From positions 3,596,001-3,660,000 of the forward strand of contig NC_047020.1 of NCBI RefSeq assembly GCF_902652985.1: DNA of 64,000 bases, read 5' to 3'. The notes under the pieces were generated by a model, which was not told the origin of the DNA, ran no database searches, and saw only the letters and a list, made by a program, of their open reading frames with translations. Positions 24,651-38,040 of this stretch are shown here, one piece after another. The position numbers and the translations under genes were made by a program. The stretch is from Pecten maximus. Taxonomy: Eukaryota. Within the stretch, counting starts at the first letter, position 1. Each line of letters starts with the position of its first letter.

Positions 24651-27170
24651 GCCCCAAAAAAAGGGGAGAAACACTGACTTTTCCCGTAAAATTTGACCCT
24701 CCAACTCTTTAAAACAATTACAAAACCTTAGAAACGTCACCCGGGAAAAAATTAGACGAATTAGTAACTTTGTTAAAATTTTTTAAGCTAAAAATAAAAA
24801 TTCTTTCCCTTTAGGGCCCGTCACGGCCTTAATGACCATAACCCCGGTCTTTTGCATATTGGTTTTTTGGGGTGTAAAAATGTTTGGAGGAATTAAAGAA
24901 AACTCTGTTTAGAATTCCAGGAAACAGCCCGGTTTAAAAAGTTAACATTCACCCCTGAAACTTAGAAAATTTGTAAATTTGCGGAGGATGGGTTTTGCCC
25001 CCCCTCCGGTGAATTCCTTCCCCCCGGGACTGTTCGGAAACAGTTGGGACCGGGAATTGGTGGGGACAAATCGACTTCTTTTTGCCGTTCTTAAAAATTT
25101 TTAAATTATGGAAGTTAAAAATTTAAAAAATGGAATGGAAAATAAAAAAAAAAACGAATAATAAAACCCGATTTTGGGGGGGGAGGGGGGGTAAAGGGGT
25201 TTTTGTATAACAGGTAAATAAAGGAGTGGGGATTATTTTAATTTAGTTTAAAAATTAAAACCCCAATCAAGTATTTTTAATGGCACTTGCCGGCAAAAAA
25301 AAAATGGAGTGGGAAACCCAAGAGTGAAAAAGGGAAAAAGGGTGAAAAAAGTTTTAAACCAAATAAAAAGAAAAGGTAAAAAGAAAAAATAAGGGTTAGG
25401 AAAGGAATAAGTCCCCCTAACAAAAAAACGGGGAATATTTATAAGACACGCCCCTTGGTAAGGGGCAAGAAACTGACATAGGAAGAATGTAGAAGTCTTG
25501 GGAAAAGTTTGGGGGATTAGGAAATATGGTAAGCGTAGAATGGATTGGGAAGGAGAAAGGGATGGGGGGGAATTAGAACGGTATCGAAAAGCGGGGAGGC
25601 CCCCCGGGGGGGGCGAACGGTATTGGTAAGAAGAACGACCCCTGGTAGAAAAAAGGAAGAGGAAAAAAAGAAAAGGGCCAGTTTAAGAAGAGGAACCGCC
25701 CCAAGGGGGTAAAATGAAACGAAATCTGGTAAGAAACACAGCCCCCGGGAAGAATGAGAGGAGGAAGGGGAATGTAGAAGGGATCTGGAGAAATTAATAT
25801 GTAGGAAAGACGTAAAAAAAAATTCCCCCCTTGGAAAGAAGTAGAATGTATTGGGTAAAAAGTAACCCCTGAATCGGGGGGAAAAAGTAAAAGGGAAACC
25901 CCGGTAAAATTAAAAAAGCCCCCTTAAAAACAGGGAATTGCCCATTTGGTAAGACATGAAAGAAACGGTAAAGGGGGGGAAAGGCCCCCAGATTAGAATT
26001 CCCCCCAGTAAGAACAGTACATGCCCCCCTTTGGAAAGAATGGAACGTTTTCCCGGGAAAGGGTAGACACGTACCCCCGGTAAAGAATTTGAAAACTAAC
26101 CCCCGGGGAAGAATGTAGAACGTAAAATTCGGAAGAAGGGCCCTATTGGGGTGAAGAGCCCAAAAATCCGGGGGAAGAATGGAATGCATCCGGTAAGACA
26201 GTAAACGCCCCCCCTGTTAAGAAGGGGGGGATGTACCCTCTGGAAGACATGGAATGCCCCCCCCGGAAAAGAATGAAATCCCCAAGGGGAAGAAAGAAAA
26301 ATGCAAAAATGGTTAGACATTAAAAAGACCGGAAGACAGGAATGATTGGGAAGTAAAACTGAAGGAAGAAGTAGATTGCATCCGGAAGGAATTTGGGGTG
26401 CCCCCGGGAAGAAAGACGTTAAAAGGTGAATTTGGGGATACGGGGTTCGGAAGACAGAGAAATTTTATTTTGGGGGAATTTAAACTTATTGGAAGAGAAA
26501 TCCCCCTCCGGGGAAGAAGGGGGGAAAAAAGGAAGAAGAGATGGCCCCCCGGGTTTTAAAAATCCCCCCCCCGGGGTAAAAATGTGAAGGGTATTGGGAA
26601 AAGGGAATGAGAAAGAATCCGGAAGGGGACTGGAAAAGGATTTGGAAAAGGGTAAAGTATTGGGGAAAAGAATTTCACCCCTGGTAAGCAGAAAAGAAGG
26701 GAAGAAGGGAAACGACCCCGGGAAAAAAAAATTTGGGAAGAATGGGGCCTATTGGAGAAAGAAATTTTGGAAGAATGTAGAAAGAAACCCCGAAAATGTA
26801 GAAGGGGCCCTCCGTAAGCAGTGAAAGCCCCCCCGAAAGAAGGAAGTTTTTGGAAAATTTAGAAGTATTGGAAGACAGTTGAAACATTGGAAAAATTTGG
26901 GACACCCCCTTTGGAAGAAAAATGAAGGAAAGAAAAGAGAGGAGAAGAAAGGAAGTCAACTGGTTAAGAAGTCCATGCAATCCGAGAAAAGAACCCCCCC
27001 CCCGGGCATGTAACAGAAAAAGGAAAAAAAATGCCCCCCTTGGTAAGAAGTCAATGGGGAAGAATTACACATGATTGGAAGACCAGGAAACTGAAAAATT
27101 TGGGGGAATTGACAGACCTCCTAAGACAGGAAGGATTGGGTAAAATGGGGGGAGGAAGAATGTAAAGTGT
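24650..27170. other. Error-rich / unpolished assembly segment; right part is a garbled copy of the 30-bp satellite
   Basis: Abrupt excess of homopolymer runs; scattered ggtaaga/atgtaga/cccc remnants from ~25440; sharp switch to clean satellite at ~27170. Confidence 0.8.
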
Positions 27171-30100
27171 ACCACCCTCCTGGTAAGACATTTAGACGCT
27201 GTCACCATCCTGGTAAGACATGTAGATACTGTCACCCTCCTGGTAAGACATGTAGACATTGTTACCCTCCTTGTAAGACATGTACACACTGTCACCCTCC
27301 TGGTAAGTCATGTACACACTGCCACCCTCCTGGTAAGACATGTAGACACCACCACCCTCCTGGTAAGACATGTAGACACTGTGACCCTCCTGGTAAGACA
27401 TGTACACACTGCCACCCTCCTGGTAAGACATGTTGACACTGTCACCCTCCTGGTAAGACATGTAGACACTGCCACCCTCCTGGTAAGACATGTAGACACT
27501 GCCTTCCTCCTGGTAAGACATGTAGACGCTGTGACCCTCCTGGTAAGACATGTAGACGCTGTCACCCTCCTGGTAAGACATTTAGACGCTGTCACCATCC
27601 TGGTAAGACATGTAGATACTGTCACCCTCCTGGTAAGACATGTAGACATTGTTACCCTCCTTGTAAGACATGTACACACTGTCACCCTCCTGGTAAGTCA
27701 TGTACACACTGCCACCCTCCTGGTAAGACATGTAGACACCGCGACCCTCCTGGTAAGACATGTAGACACTGTGACCCTCCTGGTAAGACATGTACACACT
27801 GCCACCCTCCTGGTAAGACATGTAGACGCTGTCACCCTCCTGGTAAGACATGTAGACACTGTCACCCTCCTGGTAAGACATGTAGATACTGTCACCCTCC
27901 TGGTAAGACATGTACACACTGTCACCCTCCTGGTAAGACATGTAGACACTGTCACCCTCCTGGTAAGACATGTACACACTGCCACCCTCCTGGTAAGACA
28001 TGTACACACTGCCACCCTCCTGGTAAGACATGTACACACTGCCACCCTTCTGGTAAGACATGTTGACACTGCCACCCTCCTGGTAAGACATGTACACACT
28101 GTCACCCTCCTGGTAAGACATGTAGACACTGTCACCCTCCTTGTAAGACATGTAGACACTGTCACCCTCCTAGTAAGACATGTTGACACTGCCACCCTCC
28201 TGGTAAGACATGTTGACACTGTCATTCTCCTGGTAAGACATGTAGACACTGTCACCCTCCTGGTAAGACATGTTGACACTATCACCTCCTGGTAAGACAT
28301 GTAGACACTGTCACCTTCCTGGTAAGACATGTACACACTGCCACCCTCCTGGTAAGACATGTAGACGCTGTCACCCTCCTGGTAAGACATGTAGACACTG
28401 TCACCATCCTGGTAAGACATGTACACACTGCCACCCTCCTGTTAAGACATGTAGACACTGTCACCCTCCTGGTAAGACATGTAGACACGATCACCCTCCT
28501 GGTAAGACATGTTGACACTGCCACCCTCCTGGTAAGACATGTACACACTGCCACCCTCCTGGTAAGACATGTACACACTGCCACCCTCCTGGTAAGACAT
28601 GTACACACTGCCACCCTTCTGGTAAGACATGTTGACACTGCCACCCTCCTGGTAAGACATGTAGATACTGTCACCCTCCTGGTAAGACATGTAGACGCTG
28701 TCACCCTCCTGGTAAGACATGTAGACGCTGTCACCCTCCTGGTAAGACATTTAGACGCTGTCACCATCCTGGTAAGACATGTAGATACTGTCACCCTCCT
28801 GGTAAGACATGTAGACATTGTTACCCTCCTTGTAAGACATGTACACACTGTCACCCTCCTGGTAAGTCATGTACACACTGCCACCCTCCTGGTAAGACAT
28901 GTAGACACCACCACCCTCCTGGTAAGACATGTAGACACAGTGACCCTCCTGGTAAGACATGTACACACTGCCACCCTCCTGGTAAGACATGTTGACACTG
29001 TCACCCTCCTGGTAAGACATGTAGACACTGCCACCCTCCTGGTAAGACATGTAGACACTGCCTTCCTCCTGGTAAGACATGTAGACGCTGTGACCCTCCT
29101 GGTAAGACATGTAGACGCTGTCACCCTCCTGGTAAGACATTTAGACGCTGTCACCATCCTGGTAAGACATGTAGATACTGTCACCCTCCTGGTAAGACAT
29201 GTAGACATTGTTACCCTCCTTGTAAGACATGTACACACTGTCACCCTCCTGGTAAGTCATGTACACACTGCCACCCTCCTGGTAAGACATGTAGACATCG
29301 CCACCCTCCTGGTAAGACATGTAGACACTGTGACCCTCCTGGTAAGACATGTACACACTGCCACCCTCCTGGTAAGACATGTAGACGCTGTCACCCTCCT
29401 GGTAAGACATGTAGACACTGTCACCCTCCTGGTAAGACATGTAGATACTGTCACCCTCCTGGTAAGACATGTACACACTGTCACCCTCCTGGTAAGACAT
29501 GTAGACACTGTCACCCTCCTGGTAAGACATGTACACACTGCCACCCTCCTGGTAAGACATGTAGACACTGTCACCCTCCTGGTAAGACATGTACACACTG
29601 CCACCCTCCTGTTAAGACATGTAGACACTGTCACCCTCCTGGTAAGACATGTAGACACGATCACCCTCCTGGTAAGACATGTTGACACTGCCACCCTCCT
29701 GGTAAGACATGTACACACTGCCACCCTCCTGGTAAGACATGTACACACTGCCACCCTCCTGGTAAGACATGTACACACTGCCACCCTTCTGGTAAGACAT
29801 GTTGACACTGCCACCCTCCTGGTAAGACATGTAGATACTGTCACCCTCCTGGTAAGACATGTAGACGCTGTCACCCTCCTGGTAAGACATGTAGACGCTG
29901 TCACCCTCCTGGTAAGACATTTAGACGCTGTCACCATCCTGGTAAGACATGTAGATACTGTCACCCTCCTGGTAAGACCTGTAGACATTGTTACCCTCCT
30001 TGTAAGACATGTACACACTGTCACCCTCCTGGTAAGTCATGTACACACTGCCACCCTCCTGGTAAGACATGTAGACACCGCCACCCTCCTGGTAAGACAT

Positions 30101-33100
30101 GTAGACACTGTGACCCTCCTGGTAAGACATGTACACACTGCCACCCTCCTGGTAAGACATGTTGACACTGTCACCCTCCTGGTAAGACATGTAGACACTG
30201 CCACCCTCCTGGTAAGACATGTAGACGCTGCGACCCTCCTGGTAAGACATGTAGACGCTGTCACCCTCCTGGTAAGACATTTAGACGCTGTCACCATCCT
30301 GGTAAGACATGTAGATACTGTCACCCTCCTGGTAAGACATGTAGACATTGTTACCCTCCTTGTAAGACATGTACACACTGTCACCCTCCTGGTAAGTCAT
30401 GTACACACTGCCACCCTCCTGGTAAGACATGTAGACATCGCCACCCTCCTGGTAAGACATGTAGACACTGTGACCCTCCTGGTAAGACATGTACACACTG
30501 CCACCCTCCTGGTAAGACATGTAGACGCTGTCACCCTCCTGGTAAGACATGTAGACACTGTCACCCTCCTGGTAAGACATGTAGATACTGTCACCCTCCT
30601 GGTAAGACATGTACACACTGTCACCCTCCTGGTAAGACATGTACACGCTGTCACCCTCCTGGTAAGACATGTACACACTGCCACCCTCCTGGTAAGACAT
30701 GTACACACTGCCACCCTCCTGGTAAGACATGTACACACTGCCACCCTTCTGGTAAGACATGTTGACACTGCCACCCTCCTGGTAAGACATGTACACACTG
30801 TCACCCTCCTGGTAAGACATGTACACACTGTCACCCTCCTTGTAAGACATGTAGACACTGTCACCCTCCTAGTAAGACATGTTGACACTGCCACCCTCCT
30901 GGTAAGACATGTTGACACTGTCATTCTCCTGGTAAGACATGTAGACACTGTCACCCTCCTGGTAAGACATGTTGACACTATCACCTCCTGGTAAGACATA
31001 TAGACACTGTCACCTTCCTGGTAAGACATGTACACACTGCCACCCTCCTGGTAAGACATGTAGACGCTGTCACCCTCCTGGTAAGACATGTAGACACTGT
31101 CACCCTCCTGGTAAGACATGTACACACTGCCACCCTCCTGTTAAGACATGTAGACACTCTCACCCTCCTGGTAAGACATGTAGACACGATCACCCTCCTG
31201 GTAAGACATGTTGACACTGCCACCCTCCTGGTAAGACATGTACACACTGCCACCCTCCTGGTAAGACATGTACACACTGCCACCCTCCTGGTAAGACATG
31301 TACACACTGCCACCCTCCTGGTAAGACATGTACACACTGCCACCCTTCTGGTAAGACATGTTGACACTGCCACCCTCCTGGTAAGACATGTAGATACTGT
31401 CACCCTCCTGGTAAGACATGTAGACGCTGTCACCCTCCTGGTAAGACATGTAGACACTGTCACCCTCCTTGTAAGACATGTAGACACTGTCACCCTCCTA
31501 GTAAGACATGTTGACACTGCCACCCTCCTGGTAAGACATGTTGACACTGTCATTCTCCTGGTAAGACATGTAGACACTGTCACCCTCCAGGTAAGACATG
31601 TAGACACTGTCACCCTCATGGTAAGACATGTTGACACTGTCATTCTCCTGGTAAGACATGTAGACACTGTGACCCTCCTGGTAAGTCATGTAGACACTGT
31701 GACCCTCCTGGTAAGACATGTAGACATGATCACTCTCCTAGTAAGACATGTTGACACAGTACCCTCCTGGTAAGACATGTACACACTACCACCCTCCTGG
31801 TAAGACATGTACACACTGTCACCCTCCTGGTAAGACATGTGCACACTGCCACCCTCCTGGTAAGACATGTAGATACTGTCACCCTCCTGGTAAGACATGT
31901 ACACACTGTCACCCTCCTGGTAAGACATGTAGATACTGCCACCCTCCTGGTAAGACATGTAGACACTGCCACACTCATGGTAAGACATGTAGACACTGCC
32001 ACACTCATGGTAAGTCATGTGCACACTGTCACCCTCCTGGTAAGACATGTAGATACTGCCACCCTCCTGGTAAGACATGTAGACACTGCCACACTCCTGG
32101 TAAGACATTGAGACGCTGTCACCATCCTGGTAAGACATGTAGATACTGTCACCCTCCTGGTAAGACATGTAGACATTGTTACCCTCCTTGTAAGACATGT
32201 ACACACTGTCACCCTCCTGGTAAGTCATGTACACACTGCCACCCTCCTGGTAAGACATGTAGACACCGCCACCCTCCTGGTAAGACATGTAGACACTGCC
32301 ACCCTCCTGGTAAGACATGTAGACACTGTCACCCTCCTGGTAAGACATGTAGACACTATCACCCTTCTGGTAAGACATGTACACACTGCCACCCTCCTGG
32401 TAAGACATGTACACACTGCCACACTCATGGTCAGACATGTAGACACTGTCACCCTCCTGGTAAGACATGTACACACTGCCACCCTCCTGGTAAGACATGT
32501 ACACACTGCCACCCTCCTGGTAAGACATGTACACACTGCCACCCTTCTGGTAACACATTTAGACACTGTCACCCTCCTGGTAAGACATGTACACACTACC
32601 ACCCTCCTGGTAAGACATGTACACACTGCCACCCTCCTGGTAAGACATGTACACAATGCCACCCTTCTGGTAAGACATGTTGACACTGCCACCCTCCTGG
32701 TAAGACATGTAGATACTGTCACCCTCCTGGTAAGGCATGTAGATGCTGTCACCCTCCTGGTAAGACATTTAGACACTGCCACCATCCTGGTAAGACATGT
32801 AGATACTGTAACCCTCCTGGTAAGACATGTAGACATTGTTACCCTCCTTGTAAGACATGTACACACTGTCACCCTCCTGGTAAGTCATGTACACACTGCC
32901 ACCCTCCTGGTAAGACATGTAGACACTGCCACCCTCCTGGTAAGACATGTAGACACTGCCACCCTCCTGGTAAGACATGTAGACACCGCCACCCTCCTGG
33001 TAAGACATGTACACACTGCCACCCTCCTGGTAAGACATGTTGACACTGTCACCCTCCTGGTAAGACATGTAGACACTGCCACCCTCCTGGTAAGACATGT

Positions 33101-33452
33101 TGACACTGTCATTCTCCTGGTAAAACATGTAGACACTGTCACCCTCCTGGTAAGACATGTTGATACTGTCACCCTCCTGGTAAGACATGTAGACACTGCC
33201 ACACTCATGGTAAGACATGTAGACACTGCCACACTCATGGTAAGTCATGTGCACACTGTCACCCTCCTGGTAAGACATGTAGATACTGTCACCCTCCTGG
33301 TAAGACATGTAGACACTGTCACCCTCCTGGTAAGACATGTAGACACTGTCACCCTCCTTGTAAGACATGTTGACACTGTCACCCTCCTTGTAAGACATGT
33401 AGACACTGTCACCCTCCTGGTAAGACATGTAGACACTGTCACCCTCCTGGTA
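27170..33452. repeat. Satellite array, 30-bp unit, ~210 copies, with higher-order blocks
   Basis: tggtaagacatgtagacactgtcaccctcc; variant blocks recur at offsets of 1559 and 2699 bp. Confidence 0.98.
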
Positions 33453-33459
33453 GGTCTGG

Positions 33460-35310
33460 TGAGAGTATTGTTATAGAGATAGTGCCATCATTGGTGTCTT
33501 TGTAGGGTGGGAGTATTATAGAGATAGTGCCATCATTGGTGTCTTTGTAGGGTGTGAGTATTATAGAGATAGTGACATCATTGGTGTCTTTGTAGGGTGG
33601 GAGTATTATAGAGATAATGCCATCATTGGTGTCTTTGTAGAGTGTGAGTATTATAGAGATAGTGCCATCATTGGTGACTTTGTAGGGTGTGAGTATTATA
33701 GAGATAGTGCCATCATTGGTGTCTTTGTAGGGTGTGAGTATTATAGACATAGTGCCATCATTGGTGTCTTTGTAGGGTGTGAGTATTATAGAGATAGTAC
33801 CATCATTGGTGTCTTTGTAGAGTGTGAGTATTATTATAGAGATAGTGCCATCATTGGTGACTTTGTAGGGTGTGAGTATTATAGAGATAGTGCCATCATT
33901 GGTGTCTTTGTAGGGTGGGAGTATTATAGAGATAGTGCCATCATTGGTGTCTTTGTAGGGTGTGAGTATTATTATAGAGATAGTGCCATCATTGGTGTCT
34001 TTGTAGGGTGTGAGTATTATAGAGAAAGTGCCATCATTGGTGTCTTTGTAGGGTGTGAGTATTATAGAGATAGTGCCATCATTGGTGTCTTTGTAGGGTG
34101 TGAGTATTATTATAGAGATAGTGCCATCATTGGTGTCTTTGTAGAGTGTGAGTATTATAGAGATAGTGCCATCATTGGTGTCTTTGTAGGGTGTGAGTAT
34201 TATAGAGATAGTGCCATCATTGGTGTCTTTGTAGGGTGTGAGTATTATAGAGATAGTGCCATCATTGGTGTCTTTGTAGGGTGTGAGTATTATAGAGATA
34301 GTGCCATCATTGGTGTCTTTGTAGGGTGTGAGTATTATAGAGATAGTGCCATCATTGGTGTCTTTGTAGGGTGTGAGTATTATAGAGATAGTGCCATCAT
34401 TGGTGTCTTTGTAGGGTGGGAGTATTATAGAGATAGTGCCATCATTGGTGACTTTGTAGGGTGTGAGTATTATAGAGATAGTGCCATCATTGGTGTCTTT
34501 GTAGGGTGTGAGTATTATAGAGATAGTGCCATCATTGGTGTCTTTGTAGGGTGAGTATTATAGAGATAGTGCCATCATTGGTGTCTTTGTAGGGTGGGAG
34601 TATTATTATAGAGATAGTGCCATCATTGGTGTCTTTGTAGGGTGTGAGTATTATAGAGATAGTGCCATCATTGGTGTCTTTGTAGGGTGTGAGTATTATA
34701 GAGATAGTGCCATCATTGGTGTCTTTGTAGGGTGTGAGTATTATTATAGAGATAGTGCCATCATTGGTGTCTTTGTAGGGTGTGAGTATTATAGAGATAG
34801 TGCCATCATTGGTGTCTTTGTAGGGTGTGAGTATTATAGAGATAGTGCCATCATTGGTGTCTTTGTAGGGTGTGAGTATTATAGAGATAGTGCCATCATT
34901 GGTGTCTTTGTAGGGTGTGAGTATTATAGAGATAGTGCCATCATTGGTGTCTTTGTAGGGTGTGAGTATTATTATAGAGATAGTGCCATCATTGGTGTCT
35001 TTGTAGGGTGTGAGTATTATAGAGATAGTGCCATCATTGGTGTCTTTGTAGGGTGTGAGTATTATAGAGATAGTGCCATCATTGGTGTCTTTGTAGGGTG
35101 TGAGTATTATAGAGATAGTGCCATCATTGGTGTCTTTGTAGGGTGTGAGTATTATAGAGATAGTGCCATCATTGGTGTCTTTGTAGGGTGTGAGTATTAT
35201 AGAGATAGTGCCATCATTGGTGTCTTTGTAGGGTGAGTATTATTATAGAGATAGTACCATCATCTGTGGTGTGAGTATACATATTGTTATAGAGATAGTA
35301 CCATAATCTA
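33460..35310. repeat. Minisatellite, 45-bp unit, ~40 copies, abutting the 30-bp array
   Basis: gagtattatagagatagtgccatcattggtgtctttgtagggtgt. Confidence 0.97.
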
Positions 35311-36087
35311 TGTCTTTGTTGAGTGGGAGTATTGCATTAATTTTGGTCCTGGGTGGGGATATTTGTTGTTGATAACTACCATGACCTATACCACTAACTG
35401 ATAATGACAAATCTTCCTTCTGACTCCTGTATTGATATTAACAGGTCATTGAGATCAACATGAATTAAATTCTCCCTATGACTGATAAGCAGGGAATTTT
35501 AAATAAACAGAAGTAGACCATTGTTTCCCTGGATGGAGTCACATCATTTTGTCCCTCAGATAAATCTATTGTAGACTTTATATACGACTGTAAGGCACCA
35601 GCTGTAGGCCAGTTTGTGTTTTAGGGTAGGAACAAGCTGCTACAACATCAATATTAAACACAATGGAGACCGCTATAGGTATAAATGGTCTCGGAAAGTT
35701 TATAATAACTTGTAATCTGGGAACATCCTATAATATCAATAGCTGATATGAAGTGGATCACTTGCTTATGAATCTACCAATGAAATGTTTGTACAACTTT
35801 ACTCCAAATAAGGGAAACATGGTTGACAAATGATTATGATTAGTATATATCTATAGTTTATCTAGAAATAAAACCGTCCACTGATAATTATAACTTTAGC
35901 TTGTCTGTCCATGATAGCCTAAACTGAAACGCATAAACATCCGCACGTGGACTACAAAATGAAATAAGGTTGGAAATTTGTATGAATTAGTATAGGTTGT
36001 GAAAAAAAATCTTCATTTCTTTGACATTTCTATCCGTGCTAAAATCTAATTACTAATTCAATGATAGGTCCATTGGCTACTACCTGA

Positions 36088-36259
36088 TTAACTTTAACCT
36101 TGCTAGTAACTTTAACCTTGCCAGTAACTTTAACCTTGCTAGTAACTTTAACCTAATTGCCATGGCCAGTAACTTTAACCTTGCCAGTAACTTTAACCTT
36201 GTTAGTAGCTTTAACCTTGCTAGTAACTTTAACCTTGCCAGTAACTTCAACCTTGCTAG
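36088..36259. repeat. Minisatellite, 18-bp unit, ~9 copies
   Basis: taactttaaccttgc(t/c)ag. Confidence 0.9.
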
Positions 36260-37499
36260 CGGCCATTGAACCATATGTTTTTTGCACTTGGAGGCATGTC
36301 AAATGTTGTTTGCATTTCAAAAGTTATGTAAATAAACTATTAAATGTAAACAATTGAACATGTAGGTAGAGAATAGTGCAGGTAAAGATATAAGTGTGTA
36401 CCTGATGGGGACCTGCACGTACTACTTATAAAATGTAAACTCCAGCTTGTTATCAGAGGAAGGATTGCTATAGTGAAGTTTCGAGATGAGACCCCGTTAT
36501 AAATACATAGATAAAGCTGTTTTACTTGTCAATATGATAGTTGTGTGGGGAGATAGTGGCCTAGCTCCGTAGACAGGCAATGTTTGTTGTTGTTACCCAT
36601 CTTCATCATGTTGTAGTCTTTATCTTAGTGATAAAACCATTGTTATGGTTACTTGTGTTGGAAGTCTATAGAAACAGCACTGTTTAACAGTACAGAAGAG
36701 GATGGTACAAATGGAGCCTTGGTACAATGTGACGCTATCAGAAACATTTCAGTTCTTCAGACACTTATCATGATCCAAAATAAAAACCATGCCCATTAAA
36801 TAATTGTGTAGGATCTATATATATACATTTGTATTCTCATAATAAATAATACATATTTCCATAATTTCATCATTGTTCATTCATAATCAGAAACTAAGTG
36901 ACCGATTTGTAACTTAGTTATTTTAACTATTGTTACCTGTTAGTAAAATCTATTTCTGTTAAAACAATCCTCTTCATGTGGCCTTGTATTTCACTATCTT
37001 GTATAACGGTGTATCTGACTTTAGTCCCCATTCTTATACATATACAATAAAACTCATTTGATAGTTTCCATGCATGTTTATGATAGAATAATACGGTACA
37101 TGTATTACACATTAAGGCCCCACCCATGGTGACTGAGTTAATTCTGTGGAGACATAAAAAATTATGTAAGTTTTATTATTGAGTTTTTGTTTTGTAGAAA
37201 ATGAGTCATGTGACTCATGAATAAAATCTGTTATTTTCATTAGCTTGTATAAAAACTATCAAATTGTATACACTGTTTGACTGGTGTGTTTTGTAGTGTT
37301 GTATCATTCAAGAGTCAATACACCGGATTGAACCTTGACCTCTGGTTGCTTGGGTGACAGAATTTTGGTGTGTGTTGTACATGTACCTTTCCCGTGGGTA
37401 CAAACATGTATGGGTATTATGTTGTCAATTTCATATAGATCATAGCAAAAACTGTATACAAAGTCCGGGAACTTAATAAAGTATACTGATGGATATTTC

Positions 37500-38040
37500 A
37501 GGTACGTTGTACCTGCTCTGATCTGATCAAAGGTCTGAAGAAGGTGATGTAATCCTGCTCTCTGTCTGCATCACCATTTCTGAATAATAAATCTAGTTCA
37601 AGTGGACCTGTCTGCATCACCATTACTGAACAATAAATCTAGTTCAAGTGGACCGATCAATCTCAAACTTTACACACTGTTTCCTTATTGGTTTGGGTTT
37701 CTTCTGGGTCTAAAGGTCAAAGGTCAAGGTCACTGTAACTACTGTATTACATGTAATAGAAAATTGATTTTGTTCCCTGACATGAGTTTCTTTGGACAGA
37801 TCCTTCCACTTGGATCACCATTTCCACACTTTAATATGCAAGTTCTGGGGAAACTTTGAACACTGTTTGTTTAATAAATATCAGATGTTTTTTCTTATTA
37901 TCATTTACAAGAAAAAAGGTCATAGGTCAGATGTTGATGTCTACATTATTGAAAATAACAAAACTGTCACTGGCCAATGAATTGATCAGGGGTATATATT
38001 ACCAGGTAATATTGTATAGAAAATCGATCTGAAGCTTGTT
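37500..38040 (-). mobile_element. Degenerate Helentron/HINE-like element remnant
   Basis: Contains ggtcaaaggtcaaggtca and tcaaactttacaca motifs resembling bivalve HINE core repeats, an internal 47-bp duplication (37562-37655), and ends gcttgtt at 38040. Boundaries approximate. Confidence 0.4.

Noticed and set aside
25794-27295. ORFs in the homopolymer-rich segment
   Set aside because: The sequence appears to be an error-rich consensus and the translations are low-complexity.
27167-33476. Long ORFs (up to 684 aa, e.g. LLVRHVDT.., MSYQEGDSVY.., CHPPGKTC..)
   Set aside because: Stop-free frames of a 30-bp satellite, open on both strands; no splice or domain evidence. The Cys/His-rich frames only mimic metal-binding proteins.
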